Below are positions 61,251 through 64,000 of a stretch of 64,000 nucleotides of DNA, piece after piece. The translations under genes and the position numbers were made by a program. Within the stretch, counting starts at the first letter, position 1; the number at the start of each line of letters is the position of its first letter. This DNA is from the human T2T-CHM13v2.0 reference genome, Homo sapiens. The notes below the pieces were generated by a model. The model was not told where the DNA came from. It saw only the letters and a program-made list of their open reading frames with translations, and did no database searches. Location of the stretch: assembly GCF_009914755.1 (NCBI RefSeq), contig NC_060934.1. One strand, written 5' to 3'.

Positions 61251-62772
61251 TAACTATATCTACCCTCCTTTTCCTCCTATTCTTTTCTTTATATTCCCAC
61301 TTTCCAAGTCACTTTAAGGTAATTAGGAAAATTCCCCTAAACATTTTTGTTTACAGCAGACTGCTGTTATAAAGCAGAAAGCTGTCCTGCTTAAGATATA
61401 AATCAAAACACCTAAACAGACTTTGTCATGGGCTTGCTTTTAAAATATTCTGCTAATGTTAAAATAACAAGGAAAAAGGAAATTGTACCCACGTTTCCAC
61501 AAGTTTTTATGTATCCAGTTTTCCATGCTTGTTTGCAGTCCTTGTCCATATATTTAAAAAAAATTAATATAGCTCTAATCAGAGCATAGATATCATTCTG
61601 TGTCCTGCTTTTTTTCCTGTGTCCACTTAGTATTACATACTAAATATTTCCCACCAGAAAAAGTTTGCAATGAACAGTACAGACACTTGAGGGAAGCCCA
61701 GATGTATTTTACCTTCTTTTGGGGACAGCTGACATTTGGGCCTTGGAGTCTGTCTCTTGGCCTTGAAATATTTCATTCATGCTAAGCCTGAAGTTTTTAC
61801 TGACAGAAGACATAGTTCCTGTCTTTCATGGGAATGCATTTTAACATTTTATCAGTAAGCATGATGTTTGCTGTAGGTTTTTCAGAAACCTTTTTTTCAT
61901 TATAAAGTTCTCTTCTATTACTAGTTTGCTAATTTTTAAAAAAGTCATAAATGTTGAATTTTATTGAATGGTTTTTCTGCATCTGTTACATCTATTGAAA
62001 TGTTCATAGAATTTTTTCCTCTTAATCTGGTGAATATGGTGCTATTGACAAATTTTTTTTTTTTTAATGTTTAACCATCCTAGCATTCCTAAGATAAAAC
62101 CTACTTGTTCTCTATGGATTTTTATATGTACTGTAGAATTAGCTAATGAATGATTTTTGTATGTGTGTTCATAAATGAGATTGGCCTATAAATTTTCTAC
62201 TCTTATAGTATCATTATTGGCTTTTGGTTTCAAGGATATTCTGACCTCATAAAATGAGTTGGGTAACTAACCTGTTTTTCTAATCTCTGAAACCATTTGG
62301 TAGGGACTAGCGGTTTCTTTAAAACATTTGAGCCTGGTGTCTTTAACAGGGGTAGATTTTTCATTACTAGTTTGATTTCTTTAATGGTAATTGGTTTTTT
62401 GGTTTTATATTTCTTCTTGAATCAGTGTTGGTACTTTTATATTTTTCTGCTGAACAGTGTGGGAGCTGGAAAGTAAGATGCAGTCCATATTCTTCAGATA
62501 ATTAGTTTAGTAGTAGACAGAACACAGTAGGTAGATATAAGCAATCTAAAATGCATATTATGCATTGAAAAAAAACTATGGAGGTTATTTATAAAGGGCA
62601 AATTAGTTTGGTGGTTTAAATAGCCAGATAATATTCTCAATCACCCCCTTTGGCAAACCCTGTAACCAATTCGCCTTCTTAAAATTTCAGAAACATACAA
62701 TTTGTGTTTTGTTTTCAAATGATTGTCATCTGTTTAGCAGTTAATCCAGTCTATTTCCAGTATATTTTAAGT

Positions 62773-63238
62773 ACAAATGCTTTTGCACTTACAATGGGGT
62801 TACATCCAATAAACCCACCGTAAGCTGAAAATATCATAAGTGGAAAATGCATTTAATAAACCCAACCTACAGAGCATCATAGCTTAGCCTAGCCTGCTTT
62901 AAATGTGCTCAGAAAACTTCCATTAGCCTGCAATTAGGCAAAATCATCAAACATAAAACCATCAAACATAAAATATTTATAAAGTGTTGAATATCTCATA
63001 TAATTTATCGAATACCTGCATCCAAAAGATGCTGGCAACACAGCACACTTTAGAGCATTGGTTGTTTACTCTCTTGATGGTATGGCTGCCCAGCATCAAG
63101 AGTTATCATACTGCAAATCGATAGCCCAGGAAAAGAGCAAAATTCAAAGTTCAAAGTAGAGTTTTTACTGAATGCTTGCTTTTGCACCGTCGTAAAGTTG
63201 AAAAGAATTTAAATTGAACCATCATAAGCTGCAGACTG
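62773..63238 (+). mobile_element. Tigger3/MER7-type TcMar element
   Basis: acttacaatggggttacatccaataaacccaccgtaag. Confidence 0.7.
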
Positions 63239-63259
63239 TGCATTTTATATTGAAAAGTT

Positions 63260-64000
63260 AATATTTTTAATTTTTAATGCAGAGAAGTACCCAAAGCATA
63301 AAAACACAACACGTTTTCACAAAGCGAACACAGCCATGGAACCAGCACCCATATCAACTAACAAAATACTAGTTTGGGCTTTTTTGTACTTTATACAAAT
63401 GGACTCATATAATGTTCATCTTTTGGGTCTGCCTGCTTTCATTCAATATTAGGTTTGTGGGTTCATCTCTGCTGTGTGTAGTTCTTTCCTGTTCTTTATA
63501 CAGTGTTCCAAAGTATAGTATATTACACTTTACCCATTCTACTCTTGATAGTAAACGTTTTCACATTTGGGCTATTACAAATAGTGCTGCAGTGAACATT
63601 CACATAACATATCTTTTGGTGAACATGTGTTACATTTCCAAGTACAATTGCTGGGTGATGAGTATGCATACTCTTAAAACATGGTTGTACCAATTTACAC
63701 CTCTACGACAGTGGTTCCATACCCTTGCCAACTTCATTTTGTTCATTGTAGGCATTCTCTTGGGTGTATAGTGTTATTGCATTTTGGTTTTAATTTGCAT
63801 TTCCCTAATGACTAATGCAGTTGAACACCTTTCCAAATGATAATTGGCCATTTGGACATCATCTTTCTTGAAGATCAAGTCTTGCTCATTTTTCCAATGG
63901 GTCGTTTGCTATTTTTCTTACTGATTCCCAGGAATCCTTTCTATATTCTGAATACCAGTCCTTTGTATTACAAATATGTTGTACTCTGTGACTTGTTTTA
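63260..64000 (-). mobile_element. Old L1 (L1ME-like) 3' fragment
   Basis: ttttaatttgcatttccctaatgactaatg...ttgaacaccttt, antisense L1 3' motifs. Confidence 0.7.

Overview
Human genomic DNA, recognisable as the CFAP43-GSTO1 locus on 10q25. The minus strand carries the 5' part of CFAP43 (WDR96). Coding exons 1-8 lie between 30338 and 1779, all with GT-AG junctions and a continuous frame, and the MIR609 hairpin sits in intron 3. The plus strand carries GSTO1 exons 1-4 (53066-61214). The two CpG-island promoters are divergent and about 22 kb apart, and the gap is packed with ERV1-class LTRs (MER41, MER4, MER67, MER39, MER50, two LTR12, LTR8-like). The most unusual structures read from the sequence are these. 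(1) Two copies of an ancient MER5A1 transposon in inverted orientation are ~97% identical, bracket the CFAP43 promoter and exons 1-2, and share a forkhead/RFX-like motif. (2) A compound templated insertion in GSTO1 intron 3 consists of a direct copy of exon 3, an inverted copy of intron 3 and fold-back micro-repeats. (3) A TSD-flanked, poly(A)-tailed retrocopy of a probable 3'UTR is nested in the same MaLR LTR that gave rise to MIR609 by inverted duplication. (4) A second, ~75-nt hairpin lies in CFAP43 intron 5. Repeat subfamily names come from my memory of consensus sequences and need RepeatMasker/Dfam confirmation. Repeat boundaries are approximate unless a TSD is given.
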